Assembly (NCBI GenBank): GCA_964035545.1
Contig: OZ037767.1
Location: 29,404,628 to 29,468,627, forward strand
Direction of reading: 5' to 3'
Length of the DNA: 64,000 nucleotides
From: Bugula neritina
Lineage: Eukaryota > Animalia > Bryozoa
Below, one piece after another: positions 26,634 to 40,400 of this stretch. Every line of letters starts with the position of its first letter. Position 1 is the stretch's first letter. The notes under the pieces were generated by a model. It did not search any database. It saw only the letters and a program-made list of their open reading frames with translations, and was not told the DNA's origin. Position numbers and translations under genes: made by a program.

Positions 26634-27597
26634 GCTTTAGCTCTAATCCACGAAGTTGTTGATGGCTGAAGTCTCTCTATTTACTTTTACTATAATTATT
26701 AATAGATATTAAATTAATTAGCCCTACATGTTCTGTGTATATAAATATTATACCATATTTTATGACTATTTTTACATATATAATTATCTAAACTAACTTT
26801 AGGCTCTTTATTTTAGTGAAGGAAATAAACTACTCATGTTAATACTTGGTTCGCTATTATAAATTTATATTATTATTATACGTAAGTTGGGGGTAAAGTC
26901 ATTGCATGATGTTATACAGTTTAGTCAGCATGCTGTAATACTACTTCCTATAACAAGAACACAGTCTTCTGTTATATTCTTAGGAATGCGGTTTATTTGT
27001 TGCACGTGAAAAACTAACAAAATAAATAGCTCCATGTATTTAATGCACTTTTGACTCTCAACAAACTTGCTGTACCTACTATAAAGTCTCAAACATAATT
27101 CCTTTAACAACAGTTACAATTTACACATACATGAAGTGGTCACAAGAATATAAATATGTTTATGAAAATAGCCTTTCAATATTGGCACATTTTGTCACAA
27201 GGTGTTTACTGTGCAGCTGCAGCTTTTAATTAAATGAATTATAATAATTTTAAACAAAAAGTGTAATGAACTTAGAAAATTAGAAATTGTAAATAGTATT
27301 TTATGTTATATCACTTATTTGATTTGTACAATACTGTCCATGAGAAATGGAAAATGTACTGTAGGACATTTGAGTCAGCTTAAGAATAGCCAATTAGAAA
27401 ACTGGAAAATAAACTAGGTGTATTCCTTGGCCGAAAAAATAATATAATATTTACATGTAGGCCTATATCGAACTATAATAAAAACACTTGAGAAAGTTGT
27501 ATACGTTGAGAAACTGGGCTAAGAATAAATCTATTGAGCAAAGTGTGTATCAGTTCGAAGTAAACCTTAAATATGAAATAAAATACAAGTTTGATTG

Positions 27598-27768
27598 TTA
27601 CAGTTCTGTAGTGGTTGCGTCATCTCCTACACTCTCTATGTCAGCATCCTCATAGTCAGCGTCTGTCACTCTGTGGACGACAACTTCTCCTTGTACACTG
27701 CTCTTTCCTTTTCCTCTACCTACTCCACTCCTCTTTGAGTTGCTTTGTCCTTCATCCCATGTACGTAG

Positions 27769-27840
<72 letters not shown>

Positions 27841-28026
27841 GGTATACGAGAAACATTGTTATTTATTACTTTATTAGGTAAAGTAATTACACTGATATTT
27901 CGGGTACCACTGTACCCATCTTCAGAGTACCCGAAATATCAGTGTAATTACTTTACCTAATAAAGTAATAAATAACAATGTTTCTCGTATACCTATTTAT
28001 AATCAAATTGCTAGCTCGTAAAGATA

Positions 28027-28088
<62 letters not shown>

Positions 28089-30697
28089 GATCTATACATA
28101 GAAAGATTGAATTTAGTGAACTACTCTTACCTGCGGTATATGCAGACTCTTACCTGCGGTATGTGCAGACTCTTACCTGCGGTATGTGCAGACTCTTAGC
28201 TCCGGTGCTTCTGTGGACAGGTTTGTCACGAGGCGACTGCTCTATCAGGTAAGTCAAGTTCGGAATTTCCAGAATGCTTTCTCTCCTCAAAGGCCCCACT
28301 GGTGTGACGGCGAAGGAAGTACTTGCAGTATTCCTTGCTGCAGCACCTGCGGGAGTTGTCGCACTACTCACTGGAAACTCGTCTCCTGGTAGTTTCTGGC
28401 CTGAGGACAATGAATATGGGTAATTTTACTTAATTTAGCACACATTCAAAATCTTCAGTTTTTAGCTATTTTTCACAATTTAGCTGCTAATGTATTTGGA
28501 TTTTGCCCAAAGCTAATGAAATATTAACAAATACAACTAAATAATAAAGATTCTTTTTAATTTAATGCTTAATTTCCCATGCTTTTCCTACTTATGTAGC
28601 TAATTTGAATGATGGTTTTTATGCACACAGCAAATTAGTAGTTGGAATTATATTACAACACATTTACAGCACTGCTACTGGTCCACCGATACATTTCTGT
28701 CAGCTAACTTCTTTGAGTAAGTAGCATATAGCAAAATAGTTCAATAAGTTAAAGATATTATAATAAAAGTTTTCTTCTGAAAGTAGTGCAATTGATTCAC
28801 AATTATCTTTTAAATCTATTAAAATATACAATTTTTGCTTTCTTCTATAACTTCATGGCAGCTTGAACGTCAATAATGACGTCAGCAACACCAATAAATA
28901 TTTACTCAGCACAAGCACTAGCACCAATAAAGCAAGAAACAAACAATGGCGGCTGCTGTGGAAAGTTACTGGTCACTTACTACTTGTAACAACCCAGTGA
29001 AGTAAAATGCAACATATTTACAACATTGTTTTATGATAACTATACACAATTTTTTTACCTTGAACTTGAGTAGTACATTCAAATGTACTATTAAATGTTT
29101 CTGAAACACCAATTAAACATTATGATATTATACAGAAAAAATGTATATTTAAAATTATATATGAAAAATTAATAACAAAAGAAATAATTTGAAAATATTT
29201 GATATATTAATACATCAAATATTTTCAAATTATTGCATGTGTTATTAACTATGTAAATAATTTATTTTATGCTTAGCTTGAATAAGTTATAATGTTGATC
29301 ACTGTAAGTGAGTGTTAAGCTAGAGCTTTTCCTAAAAAACCTAACAGTTTTAATTTCTGTTATAGCCGGTGTCAATTAATCCTACAATATAGCAAAAAGG
29401 AAGAGCTTGTTGTGGTGGCTCATATTAAAACTCTAAACTTGATTAGAGTAAGTTTTGAGTTGAACTCAATTAACTTTTAGAAATATAATGTCTAACCTTC
29501 TAGTAGAAGAGTGAGATCTTTCTTTATGGCTCTCTGTCTCTGTTTCATTTCTTGCCGTTCTGCTTTTGCCTCCCTTCGTCTTTTTAATCTTTCAAATTTG
29601 ACATGCCTTGCAACTTGACTGGGCTCTAACCCATGCATCTAGAAAATTCAATATCAATTATAACTCAAAGTTTTATCTATAAGAAAAAATTATTGTATAT
29701 AGTTTAAAGTGCTATCAACTGAATACATATAATGTAGATTTTATAAAATTTCAATAACCATTATTAAAGGAAAGCACATCTCTAAAGTTTTTAGGTTTTA
29801 AGTTTTAATCCCTATGCCAAGAATATGTCATATTTAAGCTGTGTGAGCAGATTTGATCGTTTTATCTAAATATTGGGCCACTTTTTGACAACAATACTGT
29901 TATTAGTATGCACTCTTACTATTAGAGTTTGTTGCCTTTCCAATGTGAAGTTAATAACTGCAAATTAAATTTTCAGAGAAAAGCTCTACAAATGCAGATT
30001 TTTACTCATATTTTAAGGTTGAACTTTCTGATAAATTTCATTACCTCATCATTTGTTGCTGATATATAACTATAAACCAAAGTTACCAGAATATTTCCTT
30101 TAAAGGCTTGAATAAATACATCTCACTGAACTTATAACAAAACTACTGTAGTATTGTAAAGTAAAGCATGAGAGAGATTAACTTCAATGGCTCTAAATTA
30201 TTTATATAGCTTACTTTTTTCTGTGAAGGACCCAAAGATGCTACTGATGATGGTCTAGCAGCAGACGATGGTCTGGCAGCAGACGATGGTCTGGCAGCAG
30301 ACGATGGCCTTGCAGCAGAAGATGGTCTTGCAGCAGACTGGGGTCTTGCAGCAGATGCGGGACGACTACCCACTTCACTTGTGCTGATTACCGACACCGT
30401 GGGTCCCGAGCTATATGGCCTTTCTTCACCTCGATGTCTAGCTTTTATGTTGGCTTTCACCTCTTTATATTTCCAGGGTGCTGTGGGAGGTTTTGATGTT
30501 AAAACTGCCCCCATAGAAACAGACAACTTTGATTGAGTCTTGATGTACTTCTTGGCTCGACTTACTCTGATTTTCCTCAAAATGAAGAGCGTAACTCCTA
30601 AGACGACTATCAGCCCAACCGCAGCTGTAACGTATATCGTGATAGCCACTGTTGGGTTCAACTTCTGCTTCTTAACCGTTGTCGATTCATCCGACAT
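27598..30697 (-). CDS. Uncharacterised single-pass membrane protein, 4 exons (30697-30215, ~29638-29496, 28400-28177, 27771-27598)
   Basis: N-terminal TM (VAITIYVTAAVGLIVVLGVTLFIL) followed by RKIR. Exon phases 0/1/0 are consistent and give an open frame ending ...DDATTTEL*. Confidence 0.8.
27773..28085. mobile_element. Penelope-like retroelement remnant: 72-bp perfect inverted repeat (27836-27907 / 27927-27998) within (TA)n microsatellites
   Basis: Perfect arms with a 19-bp spacer, (TA)n on both sides, and a hammerhead core motif of the kind found in PLE pseudo-LTRs. Confidence 0.65.
27889..27930 (-). ncRNA. Minimal type I hammerhead ribozyme motif
   Basis: Minus strand reads GUACU CUGAAGA U GGGUAC AGUG GUACCC GAAA UA UC^AGUGU: conserved core, 6-bp stem II, minimal stem III, and stem I of 3 Watson-Crick + 2 GU pairs. 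Confidence 0.65.
28123..28198 (-). repeat. 23-bp x3 array spanning a 5' splice site
   Basis: Unit actcttacctgcggtatgtgcag. Each copy carries CCGCAG|GTAAGA on the minus strand. Confidence 0.95.
29169..29248. repeat. AT-rich palindrome/hairpin in intron
   Basis: aataatttgaaaatatttgat ... atcaaatattttcaaattatt, with outer ttaataaca/tgttattaa arms. Confidence 0.8.
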
Positions 30698-31467
30698 TTT
30701 CTATTCTGTGTTAAATTTTAGTTTGAAAACTATATTGATATCAAACTCTACATACTAGCAATGGTGCATGTTGTATAAAGTCTTCACGAGCTTGTTTATT
30801 AGATCAATGTTATTGATGTCTCTTATACCTTTATTGAAACAATGTACGATAACGCTGTAGAGTTGATAAATTTTATTGATTGGCTTCTTTCTTGCTATTG
30901 TATTGCATAATTTTTAATACAACTTATGCAGAGTTACTATTGATTTCTGACTGGGAAAAAGTTCACAGGGTGGCAGAGTAGTTGGTTAGCCATTGTCATG
31001 GAACAGTTATGTGATCAATTCAATCTAGTTTATAAAGAATTGTAGCCATGCTTTATGTTGCAATTATTGTTAAATAAAATGGGATTGTATATAAGTAGGA
31101 TGAAATATCATACTATATTTTTACAAAAATAAAATTTTCACTGTTTTAAAAATAAATTATGTTTATACAAATGCTAAACAGTATGATTGATGAGAAAAGG
31201 TTCAAGTTTTGACATATGCAAATATACTGAAAATATAGCCAGGAAATAGCTATTTGCATTTCATTTAGACGTGGCTTTATAAAGATCAATAGTGTTCTGC
31301 TCCATAAATACTTTTAAAGGAAAATGTCATTCACACAAGTGAAATAAATTCTTACAGATTACACAGTACATCATTACATATTATACAATATTACTATTTT
31401 GTTATATATTATATTATAGATTTTAATCACCAACGCAATAAAAAGTAAGTTGTAAACATGTTATAGG

Positions 31468-34400
31468 TCAGATACAAAGGGAAGTAAACTCCTCATAGTT
31501 GATTTGGCCCTTCAGATTGTGATCAAGTGAGCTGGCAACTTCACTGAAGCTCTCATCCACAGAGTTGTTAACTCCTAGCAAGTTTAAACACTGCCTGAAA
31601 TCTCTGAAGGAGAGGAATCCTTGTCCAAGTGGATCGGATTTCTTGAATTGTCTCCTCATCTCTGGTACCCGACCTTTAAGCTGCACAGAGAATAGAAGCT
31701 CAGGCTATCTCTCAACATTGTGTATCCAGTTTAAAGGAAAGGGAATCCAGAATGAAATGTAAAACAGCTTTTACACGAAGCTAATCCAAAACACAAATTA
31801 AGAATACTTGTGTTATGTAGCAACCATTGAACCATAATTTTACAGTTTCAGTTCAGTGGTAGCAACATAATATTATAGTACACAATGGATGATAGAGACA
31901 CAGCTGAGGGTAGCTCAGAGGTAGCATGACTCCAATAGCTGCATTTTATCACCATAAGCCCTAGCAATTATAAGTTATAACAATATTAAACTATCCACAG
32001 TGTTACACAACAACTATAATATCTTTTATGGATGCTAGATTGTAAAAAAGGTACAAGGCACTCACCTGCAAAACTAGTCTGTTTTTTAGCAATTTAGAAC
32101 TTGGTCTAATGGGAGAAGGAGGCGGAGCTTGTCGACTGGGAAGTGGGCGGTCTTTGTAGAATGATAGGAAACTCTTGTAGTGAAATCTGTTGGAATAGAA
32201 TAACAATAATGTATATTGGGCTCTATAGTCTGTATTAGACATCTGCTTTTGGTATGCTACCTTAGGTAAATAAATTACAATGACTTAAAATATCATATAG
32301 TTTTTGAAAAATTGATGCCTAACTTTACTCATGAATTGTCATATTATTTTTTCCTCATTTAGCCCTTGATAATGTAGGGCAGTATAGTAATTTTAATTGA
32401 CATGAAAGTTTGTTGTGCACTACTTGAAGCTAATACGAACAGACAGGCACATTGAAGCTTATAGTGGGATAAAATTTAAACTGAATTAACTTTTTGCCAG
32501 CTCATGCAATTGCATAATGGCCTACTTTTGCCACACTATAATTAAATATACTATAAATAAGCTTCAAATGAAATTTGTTTTCTACATTATATAATGACTG
32601 TTGTGCATACTTGTGTAGCATACATAAAATATTTATTATATATCTATTTAATACTATTTTATATTATATCATGTTTTATTATATTGATAGTATTATTTAT
32701 TCAATTAGCCTTACCTAAACGATCTTTCCAAATCAAACAGTTTAATAATATGCTCTAATTCCTCAGGTTTTACGTTCACTTTCAGTAAACCAAAGACTCT
32801 TTCAGCTTCAGTTAGGGTGACATGTCCACGCCCCTCAACATCTAGTCTTTTAAATGCAGACTCTAAGGCATTATACTGCGTTCGGATCTAAATATCAACC
32901 AGAAAACAGAAATTACCGGATCATACTTTTTTTTATATAAATCAACAGATATTTATAAATAATCACTTTTCTAGATTTAATAAATAATAAAATGGTTCAA
33001 TATAGCACACTTATTAACAAATTGCTATCTTTTTATGAAAATAAAGTTATTAAAGTTGTAGACATAATTTTTTAAAACTTGCACAATAAATAATGAAGGC
33101 ATACTTAACAGTTAACAAAAGTGTAGCTGACATGTTAATTAGACTTAGTACCTGTGATTGAAGGCGTGTGAGAACTGGGTCAGATATTTTAGATCTTGCA
33201 GTTGCTGTTCTACTAACAACTTGTGGGGTTGATGCTACATAATATCAACATTAACAATTATGAAAGCTGAAAAATTACTTAATCCCACACATAAGCTCTC
33301 TTGGAAAATGTTCCAGAATATTAGACTATAAAATAGATAAACTAAATTATAATAAAGAATGCAAAAGTCACCTGCTGCGCCATTTTTAGCCTGAAGATCC
33401 TCAGCAGAAGTTATAGGGCTCTCTTCATTGCGGGACTCACTCTCCCCTGCCTGCTTTAACTTAGCAGTGTCATTGCAGTACCTCTGGCAAAATTTGCTCC
33501 ACGTGTACAAACCATCTGGTGCTAAGGCAAATGTGTTCCACAGCTTAGCCATTTCCTTTTCTTTAAAATCTAAGCCACACCTACAATTATACACAGACAC
33601 CTACAAGTGCATATATACAAATCTTGGTGAGCTGACGCAAGTTTTGACAAATACCTAAATGTACCTACATAAAAGTACCTGCAGATAGTATAGTAATAAA
33701 TCTAGATTTAAAATGTATTTTTAAAACTATATAAGAAATAAAAGTGAAAAAGCATGTCTCAAAAAGTTGTTTTTTTAGCTCTGAAACAAAACATAGCATT
33801 TGTTAAAAATACAAGCATTCACTGCAGCTTGTTAATTATTGACGATCATAATTTTGCTTTGCATAAAATCCACACATGTTTCATGCATAGAACATTATCT
33901 TCATACTGTTTCAGAATTTTGATCAGCATATCTTTGTCCAGTCTACCGGTCATCCTTCTGTCCTGGTATCTGTAAGCATAGTCTAAGGACCTGAATCTAG
34001 TCTTCATCAACTCTCTTATAGCTGTGGATATCTGCAAGTTCAAACAGATATTATGTTATTTCGTAGTTGGCAATTGGCTCCAATAACCAGCAAGCAACTT
34101 TCAAACATTTGCATTGATATTAAATGAAGTTATAATTCTAAATAGTTGAATCAGTACCTGACTATTGTAATATTAAATAGATAATACAAAAATTCCATTT
34201 AAAACACTGCTCAACTAAAAATGCAGTGCTTTAAAAGTAACTTATAAATATACCACCATGAATTGAAGTTTAAACACCAAAAGGGAATTACCTCCTCAAA
34301 AGCAGGTAACTTACTTCATTTAATGATCGCAGATGGTCGGTAGGTGCGAAGTGAGTATGCATTGTTTTTTCTTTCCTCACCCCTTCTCTCAATCTCTCCA

Positions 34401-37400
34401 ACTCCAAAGTGGTTGCAGGTCGAGGGATTACTGTTATTTGATGTCCAAGTTTACTTTTCTGATTCCAATATGGCTGCCTATCACAAAAATAAATTTCAAG
34501 TTGCTAACACTGATGTTTGTTCATTAGATGGTCGATGTGTACAATCTAGATTAATCTGTTTATTTCATTATCTGTTAAAATATTATATGTAAATCATTTG
34601 TTTCCTGATTATGAAGAATGGTTTTATTCATCAGTTTAAATCAATTATGGTTACCAACTTTACTGCCAAAATAAAAAATAGGGCTAAATTATTTAAAGTA
34701 AAAATGAAAAGCCTAGCTTTATAATTCAGTTATCTATACATAAAGTAACACAATTTGATAGTCTCTATCCCTGTTATAGCCTCTGGTGGTAAAAGCTTTT
34801 ATGTATGGCCCTTCCTATACGCTGGCAAAAGGGTTTGAAGGTTATTAAAACTTTAAAAAAGCAATTATGACCAGATGCTCTTTCTCTTAAAAACCAGAAT
34901 CTATAATCTAGTGCTTCCAAGTGCTTATATAAATACTAGATCACCCTGCTCCTTAATTGTATTAACTTTTTATAAGTTCTATTAATAGCAAATATTATAT
35001 ATAAATCCATACTAGCTCTTCTATTTATTAAAATATTATGTTATAGAATATCATATTACCTGATAAGTGAATGTATGTAGTATAACAGCTATATAGAGCT
35101 TAGTGGTGAAGTGGTTTGAACAGCACCTGATTCTGAATATGAAATACTGCAAGTGCAGCACTGGTTTCGGTATATATAAATGTTTTTAAAATGAATAAAA
35201 GCACAATAAGACCATAGAAATAGTAGAATACTATTGTATAGTGATATGGTTTATAACTGTAATATGATATACTGATACTGTAACAAATAATGTTATTATT
35301 ACAAACAAGAGAGCTTAAATGACTTTTGATAGGGCTATAGAAATTTGATTCTTTTTCCAATATACAAAAACAGCTACGTGTATTATATCATGTAGTGAAG
35401 GTTTTATATTTAACCTGCTTATAAATCTATCAATTATATATTATTTTGACTAAGGCTTTAGTATAGTCATTTGATATGGTTACGTAAATAATAATCTATG
35501 GTAGGCTAGATGAAAGAATATTATATATAGCTGTACATATAAGACAGGCTACCAATGATAGCCAATCTTATATGTACAGCTATATATATTCTTTCATCCA
35601 GCCAGGCACAGATATATTGAATATAAGCTTCATTGTAGGTGATTAATTCCTAAGACTTTCTGTATACAAAGGATGCAATTGATTGAAAAATATTTGCAGA
35701 ATCTTTTATTGAACAATCTCCAATTTTAATTCAATCAGAGTTGTGATTTTCATGAGCAGAATTTTGGGTGGTATACGTATAATTTACTATTACCTAGTAA
35801 TATAATATAGCTTATAAATATGCAACGTAAAACATTTTTCTTCCAATTGATTAATAATGTTAGACATGAAATAAATCAAAAACCAATGTTTTTGATTAAC
35901 CACATGTCAATATTTTAGGCATACACATAGTTATAATATATGCAGCACACAGTTTTAGGATATCAACTTTTTATACTTGCTAATTTGCAGTTACCGTACA
36001 ACTTAGAAATGTCAATGTTTTTTTAACAATTTCTAATCTTTCAAATGTTTTTTTAAGCAAAGGCGGACTTTTAGAAATTAAGATGCATAATAAATTTTTA
36101 ATCAATTTCACTATTTTTGCAATATTAAAATCCTATATGAAGCTGCATTGAAAGCATTTAATATATATGACACAACATACCTATCGAGACTTTAGTTATA
36201 AAATTAATACTCAAGTAGAAAATTTAGAATGAGTAAAGATAACTCCAAAATACAAATATGCCAACCTTTTGTTGATGACAGCTATGACATTCTCGTATGG
36301 TATCAGACCATCCTCTGTCACACCGACAACTGACAGCAGGTACTTCCACTCCTCAGATTTAAACTCTCTGCCTAACAGCTTCTCAAGAACTGGTTTGACT
36401 TTGTCTACTGGTAACAGCCTAGTCTTTTCAGTGTCAGAGTTTCTATAACATTGAAATGCAATTTGAACTCTAACAGCTTCTATATTGCAATTTGGGATAA
36501 ATAACACTTTTCTTATACTATTATTGTGCAAAGTTTAACAACATGTATCAACCTATTAAATTATTCAAATATGTGTGCTTATACGTCTTCTTTCTTAAAA
36601 GGCTTAATGCAATGCACTGTAATTACCTAACTTAATGTTAATTTTATTAAAGATAATAACATATTGGTATGGCTACATTTTTACATTGAACAATATGTGT
36701 TATATTATGTAGCAAGCAATTGATTTTAAAGTTGAATGAACTTACAATGCATTTAGAAGAATTCTAATTTCTGTATTAATACTTTTGCTTTCTATACAAA
36801 GTGTAACATGGATTTATTATATATGCAAATCATGCAGTATTCCATGTTATATTGTATATACACAATAAATATATAAAATGTTCCACTTTGAGTATTTATA
36901 TGATACAATTTATAAGTTGTTATCTTGCTTTATATAATACAAAGTGGACTATGAATAGTATTAGTTGTAAAACAATAGCACTAATTTTTTTCTCTTATTT
37001 ACTTTTATTAAAAAGACATTTGAAGCATACACTGGAGATATTGTAAAAAATTCAAAATGTTTGTAATGAATGAGAACTGTTAGTGTATCTATATATTATA
37101 AACTCTAGCTTTATATAAAAGTTGTGTGTAATGAATGTATAAAAGAGTTTATGACATTATATATCATGCATGCAAGCCGTTAATAAATAGAATACTTAAT
37201 AATGTTTGTTAGATCTAACCTGAGGGATGTAATAAGTCTAAGATAAGAGCCCACGAAATACTCTACTAGTCCCGCCTCCACTTCTTCAGCTGTCCAATCA
37301 GTGGCATTGTCTTTTTTCAATCTTTTTATTGGCGCTTTGTTAAAGCTGCAAAATTTTGAAGCAAAAATAACATGGCAACTATAATGATTAAAATATTTAT

Positions 37401-40400
37401 ATTTGAAATTAGTCCTTATATACTTGCACAAAACTAATAATTAATTTACTAAAACACATTAAATAAAATTTAAAACGTGGGACTTTGTATTAATTTTTTT
37501 CAAACTCCTGCTCATAAATTGTTATTCGTTCAAGTAATAATGTAGTACTATAATCTAACATCCTTATTACATATAAATTTATTATATTACTAATAATATA
37601 ATATAATATAGCACAGTATAGCAAAATACAGTATAGGTATATAATATGGAATAATAAAATATTATACAGAATGTAAGAATACATGCTATAATCTAAATAT
37701 GTTATAATAGAATAAAATACATGAATCTATAATGCTTAACATTATGTAATAATTAGTAATTTATTATGTGATTTTTGTATATTTCAGCCGACTTACATAT
37801 GATCTTTATCATTAACAATCCTGTTTACCAGACCATAGTACTCTTTGTTGGTGAACCTTTGAATGAAATCTTTATACTCTAGCAACCCATTTAGTACTCT
37901 CAAACTGTTCCTTTATAAATATGTAATATAACACAGCATTAAGTAGGTAATATTGTTCTGGTAAATTCGTATGAAAATCATAAAATCAATTTATTCATTA
38001 AAATAATAATGTTAATCCTTAAAAAACGTTCCGTGAACTTTTAATAACTTATAGAAGCTCTACAAATTGCTAAAAATCTATAAAAATGTCTAATGTCAGT
38101 TATAATTAAAAGAATAAATAAATACAATACCTTTATGTCAAAAACTGGAAAATCAAATACATAAAAATTTAAGGTAAACTGTGAATTACCAAAAAATTAT
38201 TAATTGTTCTTAAAATTCACAATATTAACTTTTTTAGTAATATTATAGCGCCACCTGAATTGTTTACCTGGAGACAAAATCATCTAAACTAAGAGCTCCA
38301 ATAGGAAAACCAAACTCTGCTAAAACTTTACGAAAGCTGATTTTAGCAACAAAATTGTCTCCGAGTTCGTCAAACTGTTGAAAGGCAGCCTTCATGTTCT
38401 CAGCTGGCAGCTCCAGGTTGTACAGAAGCTCTTCAATTACGCTGTTGAGGTTTTTCAACCCCTACAGTTATTAGAGAAAGTTGGTAGGGTGATATAATTA
38501 TATTAATATAATGTAATAAATTATTACTTAAATATTATATTGCATATTTTAATTGTAATGAAATGTTGTTATACTGCAGGATTGAATACATATTGAATGC
38601 TACATTATGCAATATAAAATCATATTGATAAAACCTAGAGAGTAAGTTTTTAGTAATTAAATAGTAAAGAATAAACTTTATTTGGTGAAAGTTTCAACTT
38701 GAACTTAATTTTGAGACACAGCTAGAATTTTTATCAGCAGGGGTCAAAATAAATGAAATAATTTGATTTAATAATGATAAATAAATCATATATATATTTG
38801 ATTTAATGATATATTTTTGTCAACATGGTTATATATAAGTAAACATGCAAGCATACTGCAACCAATAAAATACATTTGGAGACACCTTATAGGACACTTG
38901 GAGGCACTTTCAGATATTTTAGGCACCTGATTTAATGTTTGTATAAGCGACAATGCTGGCAGAAAAAACTTTATTGCATTGCAGTTGTTTTCACCTGTTC
39001 TTGAAAAAAACCAACAAGTTGCCTCAACTAACCAATGACAAAAGATGTCGCAAAAAATAACAATATCCTGCCTTACCTTATCTTTTCAATTTGATTTTGC
39101 ATTCAAATAATCTGTCTGAGTATTATGCTAATATAAGGTGAAGGTCATGTAAACTAGCCTTAGGAACTTGAGTTCTACTTTTCAGGAGAGGTCTGCTGGG
39201 CTCTTCGCTATCTAGAAAATATCCCCCTGCTAAGGAAGGTGTCTTCTTAGGCTGTTCCATTTGCAGGCGAGAATCTTGTGGCACAGCATCTTCTCTCTGA
39301 GCATGCTCATTGTAGCCTATGGCTTTGTAGAACTCATCTCGGGTGACTGATCCCACACCCCGTGAATCAAACCTGGAAATACAGAAATATTGGTGAGGCT
39401 AGAGTTACAGCAAATATTAGCAAATTGAGAAGTTGTGTGTCTATTACCCAATAAACCTGGCAAAATTTTACTTAACAATTATTATCCTGACTAAAGAAAA
39501 ATCTACATTTTTTTCTATATATAATAAATAAAAAATTAGCCAAGCTTTTATATAATATATCAGTTATTACACACAGTAGAACAAAAGCCTCGCCATAACA
39601 TGTAAACACTAATCCACTAACTCATAAAGTATAGCCCACCAAGTATATTATGATAAGAAACGAATCTATATAATAAATGCACACCATAGAAAATCATTGT
39701 TTTGAAGAGTGCAGGATTATTTAACATGCTGCCAGAGCTGACCTGAGCCAGAGTTTATCAAGCTCCTTGTCAGTGATGTCACTCCGAGACAGCATAGTAA
39801 CTATTCTTCTGAGATGTGGCTTTAGTAATTCTTCATCACCATTCCTCACAGCATCTGGCAGATGCAACTCTGGTTTGAACTTTCTGCAGTATAAATTACA
39901 ATAGGAACCACTTAGTGGTTATTGCTAGGGGGTTCAAATGATATACTGCATTACTCAGTTGGCTGGTCGCAATTACTCAGCTGGTCGCATCTTTCAACCC
40001 TACTATTGCTTGTAAAAAGGGGGGAAGCCATGGTGTAGTGGCTAGAGTGCTGGCCTAGTAAGCACTAGGTCAATGGTTCGAATCCAAACACCAGCAGTGA
40101 TGTTAGGAAGAGCATCCAGTAATAATTGCTCCTGTGCCACATATAAATAAGCCCTTGACCCGTTTAAAAACCCTTTCCATCAGGTGTTCTCACAGGATTA
40201 TCAACTATAAACTTGCATGAGGTTTTATTGCTTTATACAAAACTTCTTTTTTTACCACCAAATATTTTAGACTGATAATTAGATTACTTGTTTCTCACGA
40301 GATCTCGCAGAAAGAGCATGAAGTAGGAGGCGGGGGAGAGGGCGCCCTGTACAATGGCTTTGTTTGGGTCTCTCAGGTGAAACTCTTTGTACCTCGACTG

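Noticed and set aside
40021-40095. Functional tRNA-Thr gene
   Set aside because: Acceptor and anticodon stems pair poorly and there is no nearby poly-T terminator; better explained as a SINE head.
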